The notes beneath the pieces were generated by a model that worked only from the letters and a program-made list of their open reading frames with translations, did not search any database and had not been told where the DNA came from. Positions 49,710-63,502 of a stretch of DNA of 64,000 bases are shown in pieces (position 1 is the stretch's first letter; every line of letters begins with the position of its first letter). The translations under genes were made by a program, and so were the position numbers. Origin of the DNA: Euprymna scolopes (lineage: Eukaryota). The stretch lies in NCBI GenBank assembly GCA_053919585.1, contig CM132804.1. The stretch is one strand, 5' to 3'.

Positions 49710-51190
49710 TTGGAATCCTTGAGATGAGGATTCATAATTTGTGCATTCATCCTTTTTCTGGACTGTTATCCTCATCTTTATTGTTGTTGTTTCACCATGT
49801 TTCGAGGCGTTGAGTGTTTACGGCTCCAGCTGAGCCTAGTCTGAAGATAGCAGTTTCAATCCTACCCAAACAAGTTAGAGGATTAGTTGGCCAAAGCGTG
49901 GTGAAACAACAAGTATGGAATGCAGTAATTACTGGGCATAAGCTACAAGACTTTTTTTCTTTTTTTTTTTACACGGTGGTCACCACTTATCAAGGCCCGG
50001 AAGCCACTCGGGGATAAGGGTTATTGCAACTACAGTACGTTAGTGTGGAGATTTAATGAAGTGTTTACTTAAGAGGGTCGTTCATTAGGAATTTGTTAAC
50101 GTTGGACTTGAAGACATCCAAGTTGTAATCAGGTGGGAAGCAGGCAGACGGAACAGAGTTCCACAGGCGTGCAGTTCTAAGAAAGAAGCTTTGTTCATGG
50201 AATCCGCGTTTTGATTTAGGCACAGATAAAGAGTGGGAGAAATTTTTCACAGTGGATTCAGCTAGATGGGTGTTTTTGGTGAAAGAGTTGAGAGGGGGGA
50301 CCAGAGATTGGAGTTCAGACTAGCACCTGCCATGGAAATAACGATAAAACAAGGATAGACTCGCAACGTCTCTTCTTGAAGGAGAGAGGTTGCAGGGTAG
50401 AGAAAAAGGCATCCCTCACTAAGCCACGAAGTCTATTTTGTACTCTGTCAAGGCAGCATAGGCTGTTTTTAGCAGCTCCTGCCCAGATATGGCAGAAGTA
50501 TTCCATCCTTGGACGCACTTGGCTTTTATATAGATAGAGAATTGCATCAGTAGTGAGATATTTTCTGGAGCAGTAAAAGGATCCCACCATTTTTCCAGCG
50601 ACCTTGGCAACAGACTTGATGTACATATTCCATTTCAGATCAGTAGTAAAGGTCAAACCCAGAAGCTTGTCAAAACATGGGGCTTTTCCTAGACGAGAGC
50701 CATCCATTTCAATTGATGCCAGATGGGCATCAGAGCGTTGACGGTGTAAAGATAGGAGTTTGGTTTTAGATGCATTAAAGGTAACCAGCCACGTCTTCCC
50801 CCACTGAACCACGCGCTCGAGATCAGAGGAGAGAGAATCAGAGCGAACTTTGTCATTTACAGCCTGTGATGTGTTGCCATAGATGGTCGTGTCATCAGCA
50901 TAGATGTCAACGAATGATTTAAGTATGTGTTTAGGAAGATCATTGATGTAGATCAGGAAGAGAGTTGGGCCCAGGATTGACCCTTGAGAGACTCCAGCAT
51001 TAATACTGCAGGCCTCTGAATTTTGTCCATCGACCACTACTCTTATGAGCCTATCGGAGAGAAATGATTTAATTCTTATCCCGTCGCGGTTAATCACGTG
51101 AAGAAGGCCAGAGGATGAGTTCGACGAAATGTGATGAAACAGCAACAACTATGACAATGAGGATAACAGTTCGCAAAAAGAATGAATGGT
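49710..51190 (+). mobile_element. Decayed family A tRNA/hammerhead element split by a LINE insertion
   Basis: 49840-49950 carries the B box (gtttcaatcc) and first unit. The element resumes at 51072 (ttcttatcccgtcgcggtt..gtgaagaaggccagagg..cgaaatgtg). An inverted tail copy lies at 49710-49805. Confidence 0.65.
49952..51071 (-). mobile_element. 5'-truncated CR1/Jockey-group LINE
   Basis: RT motifs QGSILGP and YADD, and the same C-terminus and 3' UTR/poly(A) as 6433-8800. Frameshift near 50380. Confidence 0.92.
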
Positions 51191-52699
51191 TGTCATCAGT
51201 TGAATGCAAACACGTAACGGTTTGCTTGTCAACTCATTCACCGATTTCTACTACCGAACCCGAACTTCTAGTATTGTAATAGAAGGGCATCTATTATTGC
51301 AATAATGAAATGACTTCTATTACAATAATAATATGGATCTGTGTAGGAAAGCAGCAGCTGGTGAGTGAGTTGACCAGTAAATCATTAAGTATTTTTCATT
51401 TCAACTTTAATATTACACTGACCCCAACTAGTTTTGCTCTTGTTTAATATACGTGAAGGAAGCGTAAACATGCGTTCGAAACCCATCACAAGAATTATAT
51501 AAATTATAAACAAAAAAAAAATATGACAAATTACTAAAGAATCGCCATCATATTTAAACTGCAGCAATCGCAACAACAATAATGTCGACAGCTTTAAAAA
51601 AAAAAATTAAATATTGAACTGTGATTCTTAAACAATATTTCTTAGCTTGCATCTTTGTTTGCCACGAACCATTTTCTTTATTGAGCTGTGGCTGTCCAAC
51701 ATGGCTGACATGCAAGAAATTGAAGCTATTGTGTTTTCGCTTATTTGTTTTTCTTGATGTTTGAAGAATTAAAATTTGTATAATAAAACATATTGAACTT
51801 GGAGTTGAGAGGATGTTTTGTTGTTCTTTTGTTTTCAATCTTATTTTCTAAATTGAGTATTTTTGCTCCAGATTGAAGTCTGACCTCAGCAACATGTCAA
51901 ATATATTGTTCCCAGTGAAAATGCTATTCTTTTCTTTTGCTTTGTTCTGAAGGTTTTGATTTGTTCAAAAAAAAAAAAATCTATAATGCTTTTCTAAATG
52001 TGTCTGCGTCTTTCTGTTTGTTTTGTGTTTGCAAAATGAAAATGGGATGGCACTATGAATCAGAGGGGAAAGAAAAGAAAAAATAATCAACGGGGGGGAA
52101 AAATGGTAAATAAAAAAAAGAAAAGAAAACGAAGGCGAAATAAAATAAAGAAAAAAAAGAGGGGGATTTAAAAAAAAGAGAGAACAAAAAATATCAAATC
52201 AATAAGAAAATCATGGCAAAATAAATGAATGAAATTTAAATGAAAGAGACAAAGTAAAAGAAACTGCAATGAATTAAAAAAAAAAGTGAAAGAGATAATG
52301 AATAGGTAAAAATAAGAAAAGAAAAGAATGAATAAGTTAATTATTAAATTAAATAACGATTAAAAAAACGGCTGTTTTTTACGACATATCAAACCTTTCC
52401 GAGTTATTTAATGCAGAATTTAGTAATTCTGGAAAAAAGAAGTTTTATGCTTCAAGTTCTTCATATCTTTAAATATTTATTCAAGGTGTTTAGTTTGGTT
52501 GTTTTGTTTTATGACATATTAGCTTTTTACGGATTCAATCATTTTGACAAAACTTTTTATGCTTAAAGTTCTTCATATCTTTAAATATATAAGGCCTGAC
52601 AAAACTGGTCTCTGGAAGTTTTGGTCAGGCCTTAAATGTTCTCACCCCCGAGGACTTCAGTCCCGTGTGCCAAGAATATTATTAGGTAGAGATTCACGA

Positions 52700-54435
52700 A
52701 TCTGAACCTAGCTACTTAAATACAAGGGGCATGAGATCCCAAAACAAGACTGCTCGTGTGCTGAGGGATCTCGTTGCCCTTTAGGTAGACATAGCTGCTC
52801 TTCAGGAGACCCACTTTGTGTTGTACAGGGATTGCAATGTACTGACAGACGACTTTGTCATCTACTCAGCATATGGCAATCTTTGTAGTCAGCTGGTTAG
52901 TCGCATCCTATCTGTGATGGTAAATGTAGTTCAAATGTCAGGAAAGGCTGATTGTGGTTGATGTTGTCGTTAAAAGCGATATGCTCCAGATCTTGCAGTT
53001 TACACAGCAAATATCACTAGTGACAGGGTTTCCTTTTTTTGATATGTGGAGGTGTTTCTCATGGGCCCGTTTTAATGGGAGACTGGAATGCCATCCTAAA
53101 CCCCAAGATAGATAAAGTCAAGGGCAGATAGAAGGTCAGATAAGTGTGAAAGCAGTCTGTCTGACCTGATGGCCTCGTATGATCTTGTTGGCAGGTTTCA
53201 TTTGGATCAACCAGGAAGGGAGATTTGGATGTGGCATACTAGTGTGGCCTTCTGTCTGAGTACCTACCTGGATAGAATGTTAGTTAGAAGAGGCTACATA
53301 GATTTTATATCTTGTCCCATGTTTCACTGGCTATGTCATTTGGGCTATGAATTGGTTATAGCCCATTCGAAGTTAAGTGATAGGCCTAGATTGGCTGGAT
53401 CCTGAAAATTGAATGCCTCCTTGTTTGAGATGGCCGACTTACAGGAACAGCTAACGTCACTAATTCAGCGGGAGTTAGTGGAGACGGTTATCATGAGTAG
53501 CTGGTAGAGTAATCTTAAGGCCCGAATTAGATGCTTTAGCATCCAATATAGCAAACACCTCACTGTAACTAGGGATCGGATGAAAAGCATGTAGAAAATA
53601 GGCTGACTCGGACAGTGGCTAGGGGGAGATCCCCTAGAGATAGCGTTAGTAAAGGGGGACCTCAATCATAATATGAAAGTCAGGTAGTTAGAGCTAGGTT
53701 AAATAAAGTCTCTACCAAAGTCATTAATGTTAATGCAATTGAGTGTAAGGAAACTTTATGCCGTGGCTTGGGCAGGTACATTCGGAAAGGGAAAAACCTG
53801 GAAGGACATACTCACGTATCAGCTCGTGAGATTTGCAAAAAGTTTCATAAGCATTTAGAGGAGCACTTCACCCAACTACCCAGCTTCAGTGGCCAGGAAT
53901 TTGGCAGCTATTTAGTTAGCTCACTCCACCTTACTGCGGTCTGAGTGGATGGTTACAGAGCGTGAGATCATTACTGCATTAAAGCAGGTTGGCTATAATA
54001 AATCTCCAGGACTCGATGATCTGCCCTACGAGAGGTTGTTGCCCGTGTTAATTCCTCTTCTGAAGGACGTGTTTAACCACTGGTTTGTTCAAGGATCCAT
54101 CCCTTGGCTGATTATCAAAGGAGTGGTCATATTACTGAAGAAACGAGATTGGCATGGTTGGGAGGACTTAGATGATGGCCTATCACTCTGCTAAGCACAG
54201 AGTTGAAAAATTTGAGTACGAGTTCTTGCAAACTGACTGCAGGTTGCTATCGGTAACTTGGTCGAACCAGATCAGAATTACACTGTGAAGAGGAGATTGA
54301 TGCAAAACAACTTGCACTTGGTGTGCACGATTATAGAGGGAATAGAAGATGACACAGAAGCCGGGCTGATCAATTTAGATCAGTCCAAAGAATTCGATAG
54401 GGTCGACTATGGTTTCTTGGAATCTGTTCTGATGC
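52700..54435 (+). mobile_element. Decayed Tx1/L1-clade LINE ORF2 (APE endonuclease + N-terminal RT)
   Basis: LNTRGM, AALQETH, GDWNAIL, YLDRMLV, KLNASL, KSPGLDDLPYE, NNLHLV..I, LDQSKEFDRVD. Many stops and frameshifts. Confidence 0.85.
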
Positions 54436-56274
54436 TACACATAAGTTAATTTGTCTTTAGTCAATGTAGAGGAACCCATCTATACTGAGGCAGTTTATAT
54501 TTTTGTCTGCCTTCCGAGAGACCCTTTTTGGAGAGTCGGTTTTCCCTCACATTAAAAACGACCTTATGTCACATTTTGCTTTCGGGGAGGGGGGGGAGAA
54601 AACAAATACCAATAGTAAAGTAAACAACCCTTAGGCAAACCAAAATATCACCAAACTTAGTTTAGAAGTAAGCAGCAAACGGTACTAGCTCAGATGTAGG
54701 CCCCATTATTAAATTTCCTCCATAATATAACTTCCCGTCAGAATTTAGCATCCCTAGAGATATTAATTTGTTCATTAAACTGTAAAGTGGAAATACAAAC
54801 TTTTTAAGGAAGCGCCCGCCCTCGTTCGTCAAGAATGGCTTTCTAAATAATATTATTCCAGCATGCTCCATAAACAGCAGAAGTACAAAAATAAATCCAG
54901 TCACCTATTAAATTGCTTATTTTTGTAAATGTAATTATTTCATATAGAAACAAAGACATTTGATTATATTTTCTTCAAAATAGTAAAACACCAATTTTAT
55001 TACTTATTTTTCTAAAAGAAATGGAAAATTAAAATTTAGTACAAAACTTTCACTGGTTTTCTTTATTTCATTATTACTATAGAGGAGAAGATTTTTTGGC
55101 ACTCATAGCCTAGCTCCATAAGACTTCCTATTTGGAAGTCAGTTAATATTCTGGTTGGCCCAAGTCTTTTTGTGTCCTTCAATAAAAATATATATATTAT
55201 TAACCTTTTGGATTTTTATTTTCAGGTGATTATTTAAAAATGTTTTATAAGATCAGTCGTCTGTGACTGACTAAGTAATTTTGTTGTAATTGTAACAAAT
55301 CAGGTGATTATATTATGACTACCATGGCGCAATAATAACAGATGAAAATTGATTTGGTAGTTCATTAATTTTGGAAGCACATCACATAGCTCCAACTCTC
55401 CCACCGTATTTTTTTCTTTTCCTGTCTAGATTTCAGTCCCACGACCTTCTTGTTTTCAGTTCCCAACAGGACAGAAAACAGTGGGTGGTCCACAATTAAG
55501 AAAGGGTTGGAAGGGTCTTTCTAACATCTGTTTATACTTGTTTGTTTCCCTCCTCCACCCAACACCAATAAAATTATTTTAATAAAAACGATTTATTTAT
55601 GTATGTTCATATTTATTTAAAAAACAAAATCAACTTGGAAATCTTAAGTAAGACGACCCCTGGAGTGAATGTAATATTATGGTGATTGAAGATTCTAGCC
55701 AGGAAAATGATGGGCGTATATAAGATACAGTGACAAGGATGACCACAGACACCCTTCCCCAACTCTTTGGAATGGCCTAGTGTCTAATTTATTTTTAGTA
55801 TTTTTCAGAAATAAGTAAAGTTTTCTAAGTTTGATTTGTCACCTGAAAGAGCATTTGATTCTTAATTTAAAAACCCAACAAGAAAGCTTTATATATTAGA
55901 TTATTTTATCTGTTTATAAATTATATGCTTCAAAACAATCTGAGCAAATTTAAGGTAGAAATCCTTGAGATAACAGATATGATAGAAAAGTAAAATGTTA
56001 ATACTGCTACTAATAGTGACATTAATATTAAAAATAATCAAAACTCTAAAACTATTAGGAAAAACTGCACTAAACTGAATTTGAAGGACAATTGGGAGAC
56101 TTGAGCGTGTCATAGTAAGGGTAGGGTTAAAAAATGTTAATATTTTTAATCTTTCTACTAAATATAAAAGAACATTTTAGGTGTTAAACTAGTAGTAAGA
56201 ATTGCATCAAATTGGGTATAAAACACCTTTAGAGATTAGATGCATTATGAGGGAGAGTAAAGATTATACTACTA

Positions 56275-57315
56275 CTGGCAAATGTACCTGACACTGCCCG
56301 GTATTAAACATAACGTTAAATTCATTAAAAAAAAAAAAAATCTTTTTTTTTTTTTTTTTTTTTACATAGGCATCACCACATTATCAAGGCCAAGAGGCCA
56401 CTCAAGGATAAGGGTTAAAGAGTGTACAGTAGAAATTGGACATTATAGTAATCATTAGTAATGAAAATTTGGTAAAGTTGATAACTTATATGGAACGGCT
56501 CAACAAGAACTTATTTACGTTAGACTTGAAGACAACCATATTGTAGTCAGCCGGAAAGCAGGAAAACGGAAGACAATTCCACAGGCGTGCAGTTCTAAGA
56601 AAAAAAGCTTTGTTCATGGAATTACGTTTAGGTTTAGGCACAGATAAAGAGTGGGAGGAATTATTGATAGTGTTTACAGCTAGACGAGTGTTTCTTGTGA
56701 AAGTTTGGCGAGGGGGGACCATAGATTGAAGCTCATTCGAACACTTTCCATGAAAATAACGATACATCAGAGACAAACTCGCAACATGTCTTCTGTGAGA
56801 TAAAGGTTGCAAGGAAGAGAAAAGGACATCTCCTACGAGGCTACAAAGTCTATTTTGAACTCTATCTATTTAAAAGCAGAAAGGAACTGAGATATGTGTA
56901 TGCGAGTTCAGTTCACTTCTTGTAAGTAAAAAAATACTCGAGCTAAGCTCGAAACCAAAGCCTAAAGACAGTAAGTCAAGTACGATAACCATTAGGTGAG
57001 CTTGACACGGATTTAAAAATTGATTTCAAACCTATATATTCTTAACATAAGAATGTGAATGATTCATGCATGGATATTCGTGAAACAGCAAACAGATAAA
57101 TATCCGACCCCCCCCCCCACTTATCAATTTTTCAATTTTTGCTTCTTAGCAACTCTTTTTCTCGGATGAAAACCGATTAAAAATTTTTCCACATGTCTGA
57201 TACCCTACATACTAAATTGCAAGTCTGCAGATCAAACATTCGTTAAGTATATAGGTTGCGAATTGTCCACACACACACACACACACACACATTCTCACTT
57301 TTATAGATATATAGA
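56275..57315 (-). mobile_element. Non-autonomous Helitron containing a nested LINE fragment
   Basis: Minus-strand 5' end TCTATATATCTATAAAAGTGAGAA(TG)n, with a 3' hairpin relic at 56287-56302. Homologous to 61638-62128. Confidence 0.6.
56342..56868 (-). mobile_element. CR1/Jockey-group LINE 3' fragment (divergent subfamily)
   Basis: ORF 56486-56812 (QPLSHRRHVASLSL..RTARLWN), with 3' UTR motif and poly(A). Confidence 0.88.
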
Positions 57316-58019
57316 TTACGATTAATAAATATAAATATTTATTCCATCAAATTCGCATGAACCACATGAGTTACAGCTGGGCAGATTGTCGAGAACATAT
57401 CTTTGATACATCTAAAATAAATTATTAATTAGTGTCGTATACATATGGTTTTAATTTCATTAAAATAGGATATACACATTTAAGAAGGTCACTTAGAGGT
57501 GACGGCACATAGCGAGTATCAGAGAGATGTAGAACCACTTCCATTGTCTTCCTGGCGGAATTTTAGACATATGGTGTGAATTTCATAAAAGAACATATAT
57601 TTTAAGTTTTAAAGCAGGTTCGGCTCCACAACTATCTTACTTAGGAAGAAAGTTAAAAAGTTTGGAGCAATTGTTTTTTTTTAACTCATGTTCACTCCCC
57701 AACAAGGCATATCGTCACTTGGACGTAAGGGGCTACTATTTGGGACCAAGAGGAAAGATTAACAAGATAAACTCTTCCATTGAATTAACCAGAAAACTTT
57801 ATACGTGGGACTATACATTGGCGTTGCTCGGTAGTAAAACACGCTTAAATATGATATTTTAATTCATGCAAATTTTGTGTTTGGTATTATAGAGTCGATT
57901 CTCTATTGGTTATTATATATTATACCCAATATGAGATAATTTATATTTTTATTTCAATCCAAATTGCCTCTTTAAGAGTAGCTGAATTTCACTCGCATTA
58001 AAAAGAAAATGGCCTTGTG

Positions 58020-58340
58020 TCTAACTCTGCCCTTGTAAGAGATAACATACTAAACCCCAAAGTTTAAGTTCTTGCTAATAAGACGACAAGATATCAAGCG
58101 TTTTTATAACTTCCTCGGGGAAGATCTTGGATATCTTTATAAATTATGTTTACGTTGAAAGGAGCTTTCATCCTCACCCAAAATGTGACATTTATATGCT
58201 AGGCATGTTCTCGCAACGACAACTTCAACGAGCTGGAGAATCTATGAATCACTATCTGAAAGCATTGCAAGTTCTGATAAAATATTTAAACACGTTACAA
58301 CAAACGTCCACAAATAGGAAACTATAAAACATGTTAGCCT
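58020..58340 (+). mobile_element. Decayed Gypsy gag fragment
   Basis: IYARHVLATRQ / QRAGESMNHYLKALQVL-like relics. Confidence 0.5.
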
Positions 58341-58434
58341 GTTAAACACGGGCAAAAGTTACAGCCCATTGCTTTAGAATAAGTACTTTATGACTGAATA
58401 TAGTCCAATTTGGGCTAATTTTTGCATAAAATAC

Positions 58435-58520
58435 TATTATGTTGGTGCAAAAATAATGCCGTTTTTTTTATGTTCAACTATATATATATATATAAACATT
58501 ATTTTTGCCCCAACCTAATA
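58435..58520. mobile_element. MADE1-like mariner mini-MITE
   Basis: TIRs TTATGTTGGTGCAAAAATAATG / CATTATTTTTGCCCCAACCTAA with TA flanks. Confidence 0.75.
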
Positions 58521-58870
58521 ATTCCAATAATCCCTAACTGCTTGTTGAACAGATGGCATAATAATTAGTTCGCTGCACATTATAAAAAAGATCCATACAA
58601 AATTTCAACCAGATCACTCTAGTATTTTCCAAGAAATCTTCTAGAGTAAATGTGGTATTGTGGTGTATTAATCCCTAACTTTGCATTGAATGGATATCAG
58701 AATACTTATTTCATTGCACCTTATCATAAGAAAGGCCATTAGAAAGTTTCAGCCAGATAGTTTCCGAGAAAAAGTGGAACAGGCACACAGATTAAGATAA
58801 AGATAGATTCGAGATTGTTTAATTGTTGCGTTATCTGACCCTTGTGCAGTTATATACTCATCATCATCAC

Positions 58871-59040
58871 GGAGGTGATGGTAACTAAGTGGTTAATGAT
58901 ATGGACTGACAAACGGTTGTACTGAATTCGAATCTAGTTCGTTTTGTGGCAACACTTTCACCTAGAGATGAAGGCAACCATTACATGGTTCCTACTGTAA
59001 GTACCTGTTGTGGGGTATTAATCACCCCTATTTCAGAACT
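58871..59040 (+). mobile_element. tRNA-derived SINE (decayed)
   Basis: A box TGGTAACTAAGTGG and B box GAATTCGAATC, followed by a non-tRNA body. No HHR seen. Confidence 0.55.
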
Positions 59041-59546
59041 AAGTGGAATCAACTAGTCCTATGAATAACACTGATTTCAGAGACTAAATGGGAGACATTC
59101 ATACCATGTTTAACCGCATGCTACGAACACGTTCCTCTCATACCACTTTAGTGGCTCCTGTATTCTTTATGATAAATACATATATTTTATACACTTTACA
59201 CTACTTGTGGTTTCTTTCATTTATAGTCCCTAGCATGGGTCTGCAACAGTACCCAATATCTTTTTAGAAAGATTTCTAACTAGAAAGATATCGGGGTGGG
59301 GGGAAAGAATGACAACAATAAAATAATCTGATTCATACGAAATGAATGAATGATGATCAACAACAATTATTGTCATCACATTCGGTTGTAAGTTCTGTTT
59401 TACATGCTGGCATGTGTTAGACAGCTTTTAGAAATTGACTTCCGAGCTTATTTCTGATCAGGTTTCTTTAGAAGTCATTTCCTTAACTGAGGCAATTTTT
59501 TTTTTATAAGCTGAACACCCTTTCTGATGTCAGTCCGGTGTAGAGA

Positions 59547-61050
59547 TATGAAGTGCCTTAAATAAATTTTCAAATGTTTTTGTACGGGCATTTAAAATCG
59601 CTGTAGACTCTTGAAAATTCAGAATGTTATTGCTGCCTAATTTTTATGATTTCAGGTTCAAATAAACAACTACAGCAGGAATTGGAATCCACCATACTAA
59701 TGCCTTATCGTCAAAGCTAGTGAATGACATAAAGACACTTTAGAAGAACGATATGCAGTAAAATTCTGTTTTAAACTTAGAAAAAAATGCCAGAGAAAAG
59801 TATGGAATGCTTCAGACTGCTTTTGAACCATCTTCAATGAATCGAGCATCAGGTTTTGAATAGCATAAGAGATTCAAGGAAGACATAGAGTCTATGAGGG
59901 ATAATGAGAGGCGTGGGAGGAATAAGGAAGTCAGTTAATTGGCAAAATAAAGAATTTCATGGATAAGGACTGTCGTATGTCTGTAGAAACAATATGTGTG
60001 CAGTTTGATGTCAGTAAAGGAACTGTACACACAATTATTCGAAAGTTACTGAAGGTGTGGAATATCTGTGCAAAGTTTGTCCGAAGGGTGCTCAGAGAAT
60101 ATCAAAAAGAAAGACGTTATCATGATAGCAGGGAAATGGTCGAGTTGATGAATTCAGACCCTGCACTTCTTGATGCTCTGGTGACCTGGTGATGAAATCT
60201 GGATCTACTGCTATGACCCAGAGAGCAAGAGACAGAGTTCCCAGTTGAAGCATACTTCCAGACCCAAGAAGACCAGACAGAACAAATTCACCCAAAAACT
60301 TATGATGATCCTTTTTTTTCACAGCACAGGCATGATCTACATTTACTGGGTTTCCACTAGACAGATAGTCAACAATGAATATTATGTTAAAGTTTGAAGG
60401 AAGTTCAGGAAGAGATTTCGCCGGAAGAGCTTCAAATCAGGCCAGTTGCATTTCCACCAAGACAATACTTTTTTGTTTTGTTTTTTTACATGGTAGTTAC
60501 CACTTATCAATGCCCGGAAGTCACTCGGAGATAAGGTTATTGCGTGTACAGTAATCAATGGGATAATATCATAGTAATCGTTAGTAATGGAGATTTGATA
60601 AAGTGCCTTACTTAAGGGGGCGGTTTATCAGAAATTTGTTTATGTTGGACTTGAAGACATGCAAGTTGTAATCAGGTGGGAAACAGGCTAATGGAACAGA
60701 GTTCCATAGGCGTACACTTCTAAGAAAGAATCTTAGTTCATAAAATCACAGACTATTTGACCAAGATCAGCATCAAGGCAGTTCCTCGCCCTCCCTATAG
60801 TCGAAGCCTTGCTCTCTATGACTTTTGGCTATTCCCTTAGCTCAAGGAAACTTTAGAGGCTGAGATGAGGGTCAGTGATATGCTCAGACAAGAAAACTTC
60901 CATAAGCCTTCCAGAAGTTGCTGGAACGGTATAACAAGTGTATTGCAGCCGGAGGAGATTACTTCGAAGGGGACTATAGTCTAATGTGTGTACTATCAAT
61001 AAAAGTGCCCATACGAAAATAGTCTGGAAACTTGTTGAAGGCACCTTATA
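59547..61050 (+). mobile_element. Degenerate full-length mariner DNA transposon
   Basis: Imperfect TIRs of about 45 bp with TA ends. Transposase relics ICAKFVRRVL, DEIWIYCYDPESKRQS, FHQDN and PPYSRSLALYDFWLFP. Confidence 0.88.
60468..60747 (-). mobile_element. CR1/Jockey-group LINE 3' fragment nested in the mariner
   Basis: Poly(T), 3' UTR motif and LWNSVP..CFPPDYNL, inserted just after the HQDN codons. Confidence 0.85.
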
Positions 61051-61586
61051 CATACGATTTTTTTTACTGATAAACCATCGCTAGATGATGGCTCACAAAT
61101 GCTACAGGAATCTCTTGGGGGTAAACATAAAGATAAGTGTGTATAGGCAAAACCTCAGTGCAATGGTCGATTTATAATAAAACCACTCATGTGAAAGATG
61201 GGGAAAACGAGAGAGCAATGGTTGGTAGAGTGAAGCTCAACTTCCAAGAACGCCTTTAGAAATGAATCAATGAAAAAAGGACACCACATGAAAAGGTATG
61301 GCAGTTTTTTTTTCACACACTCGATTTTGTCAAATGGTAATTCAATACAAACACATTGATGGCGAGAGTAAAGAGAAAAAAATTCAAAGAGTTCAAATAT
61401 GTAAATATTTCAGTTTTCTCTACTTCACACTGTGAAGGAAAGTGAACTGACAATAGACAGACTGCAAAACTGTTCAACCAGATCTATGACATGTCTATCA
61501 CTTAAAATAACAGTTAGAACTCAAGGGAGGTTATTATTATTTCTTTAATTTTTCTGATTGCTAGTGTGACTAAGTGATACACACAT

Positions 61587-61637
<51 letters not shown>

Positions 61638-61638
<1 letters not shown>

Positions 61639-62270
61639 TAGCAGATGTACCCGAAGTTGTCCAGAATTAAATGTAACGTTAAATTCCTTTTAAAAAATGA
61701 AGTAAAAAACAGAAAGAAACTAAGACATGGCCATGTGAGTATTATATATTTTCGAAACAGATCACTTCTTGTAAACAACAAAAAAATACTTGAGCTGAGA
61801 TCAAAACTAAAACCTAGAGACAGTGAGTTAAGTACGGTAACCATTAGGCCATTTTGACACGAACTTTAAAAACTGTTTTCAAGCCTACTTATTCTTAATT
61901 CATGTGAGCGATTCGTATATTTGCAGCCATGAAACAGTTGACAGATAAATATCCGATGACATACTAGTAACAATCTTTCAATGCTGACCCCTTAGCAGCA
62001 CAGTTTTCCGGATGAATACTGCTTAAAATGTTTTCCACATGTCTGAATATACCAAATTTGAAGTCTGTAGATCAAAGTTTTATTGAGTATATAGGTTGGG
62101 AGTTGTCATCACACACATATTCTCACTTACTAGCAGAGAGACCCGACGTTGCCCGGGATAGAATGATGATCAAGGAATATTTCACATTCCCATACTTTTA
62201 TTGTCATCCAAAATCAGTGAAATCGACCATTTTTCAAGCAAATCGATTGATTACCTGCTCTATTTATTGA
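61638..62270 (-). mobile_element. Two adjacent non-autonomous Helitron pieces
   Basis: CTAG termini at 61638 and 62130, each with a CCCGG..CCGGG-type hairpin about 10 nt inside. Homologous to 56275-57315 and 20090-20200. Confidence 0.6.
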
Positions 62271-62794
62271 TTTTAAACTCATAGTAAAGCTAAAATTTTA
62301 GATTATACCCCACAAGTCTGTTTTTACGTTTGAGAAATATATACGCATTTAACATGTGTTTTTACGGTTACCGAGGAGGAAAAATAACAACTTTATAGTT
62401 AAATGTTTAGAGATTTATAGAGAATCAGAGTCGGTAATTGTATCAGAATCAGGAATTTAGAATGGAATCGGTAATTATATCGGAATCAGGAAAAATATTG
62501 GCATCGTCTCATCACTGATATACATCATATTTATATATATATAAACGTAAATAAATTATAAAATATACATCATATTTATATATTTTTAAACGTAAATAAA
62601 TAAATAAATTTAATTAGTGTCCCCGTACGTTTGGCACATTTAATAAGTTCCCCTATAGAACTCTTTATTTTCGTTACAATATTATTTAGGTTGCTATCGA
62701 TTTCCTCCTGACGAGATGATAGCCAAAAGAGCTCTTGAGAAACTTCCGCCTATTACTTTTTTTAAAACTATATACAAATTCTGTATCTCTAAAC

Positions 62795-62841
<47 letters not shown>

Positions 62842-63442
62842 GTAGGAAAATAACTTTTTAAAAAATTACGGTGGCTGAAAAGATTATATAATAAAAAAAA
62901 AAGCAATCAGAACAAATTGAAGTTGAGTTTGTTTTATTCTTGAACTTGCCAGACCGTCTTCCACATCTCCTTTATTCTCTCTCTCCCATTTGTCTAGTTG
63001 GGTGATTATGGCTTGTGATTTGCTTCTGCAGAGCTAATAATGTGTCTGCGATGGAAATCTTCTCTATTTCTCCTGGTTTCTTCTTTTAGATCACCTGCCA
63101 TTGCTCATAAAATGTTTGCAGCATCTCTCAAAGATAATCAAAGACAATTGATGCGGCTATTCTGATTTTTCTGCCTGATTTCTTCTTTCTTCAAGAACGG
63201 AACACAGAATGAGAAATTATCCTTGAAAGAGCGCTAAACCTTAATGCCACAAATACCTGTCATTACAATTATATCTGCTTTAAAATATTCACGCCGAAAT
63301 AGAATTTTGAAATTATGGCAGATAACAAAGCACTATTTTAATAATCAAAGTTTTGCCTTCTTCAGAAAAAAAAAGACAAATCTTATAATTTTAGTACTAA
63401 TATCAGCAATAATAGGCTGCCTCCAGCTGCCCATTTTTGCTA

Positions 63443-63501
<59 letters not shown>

Positions 63502-63502
<1 letters not shown>

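Noticed and set aside
54660-54920. Unique TAAT/ATTA-rich stretch resembling an enhancer; 80-aa minus ORF
   Set aside because: Cannot be distinguished from AT-rich background without conservation data.
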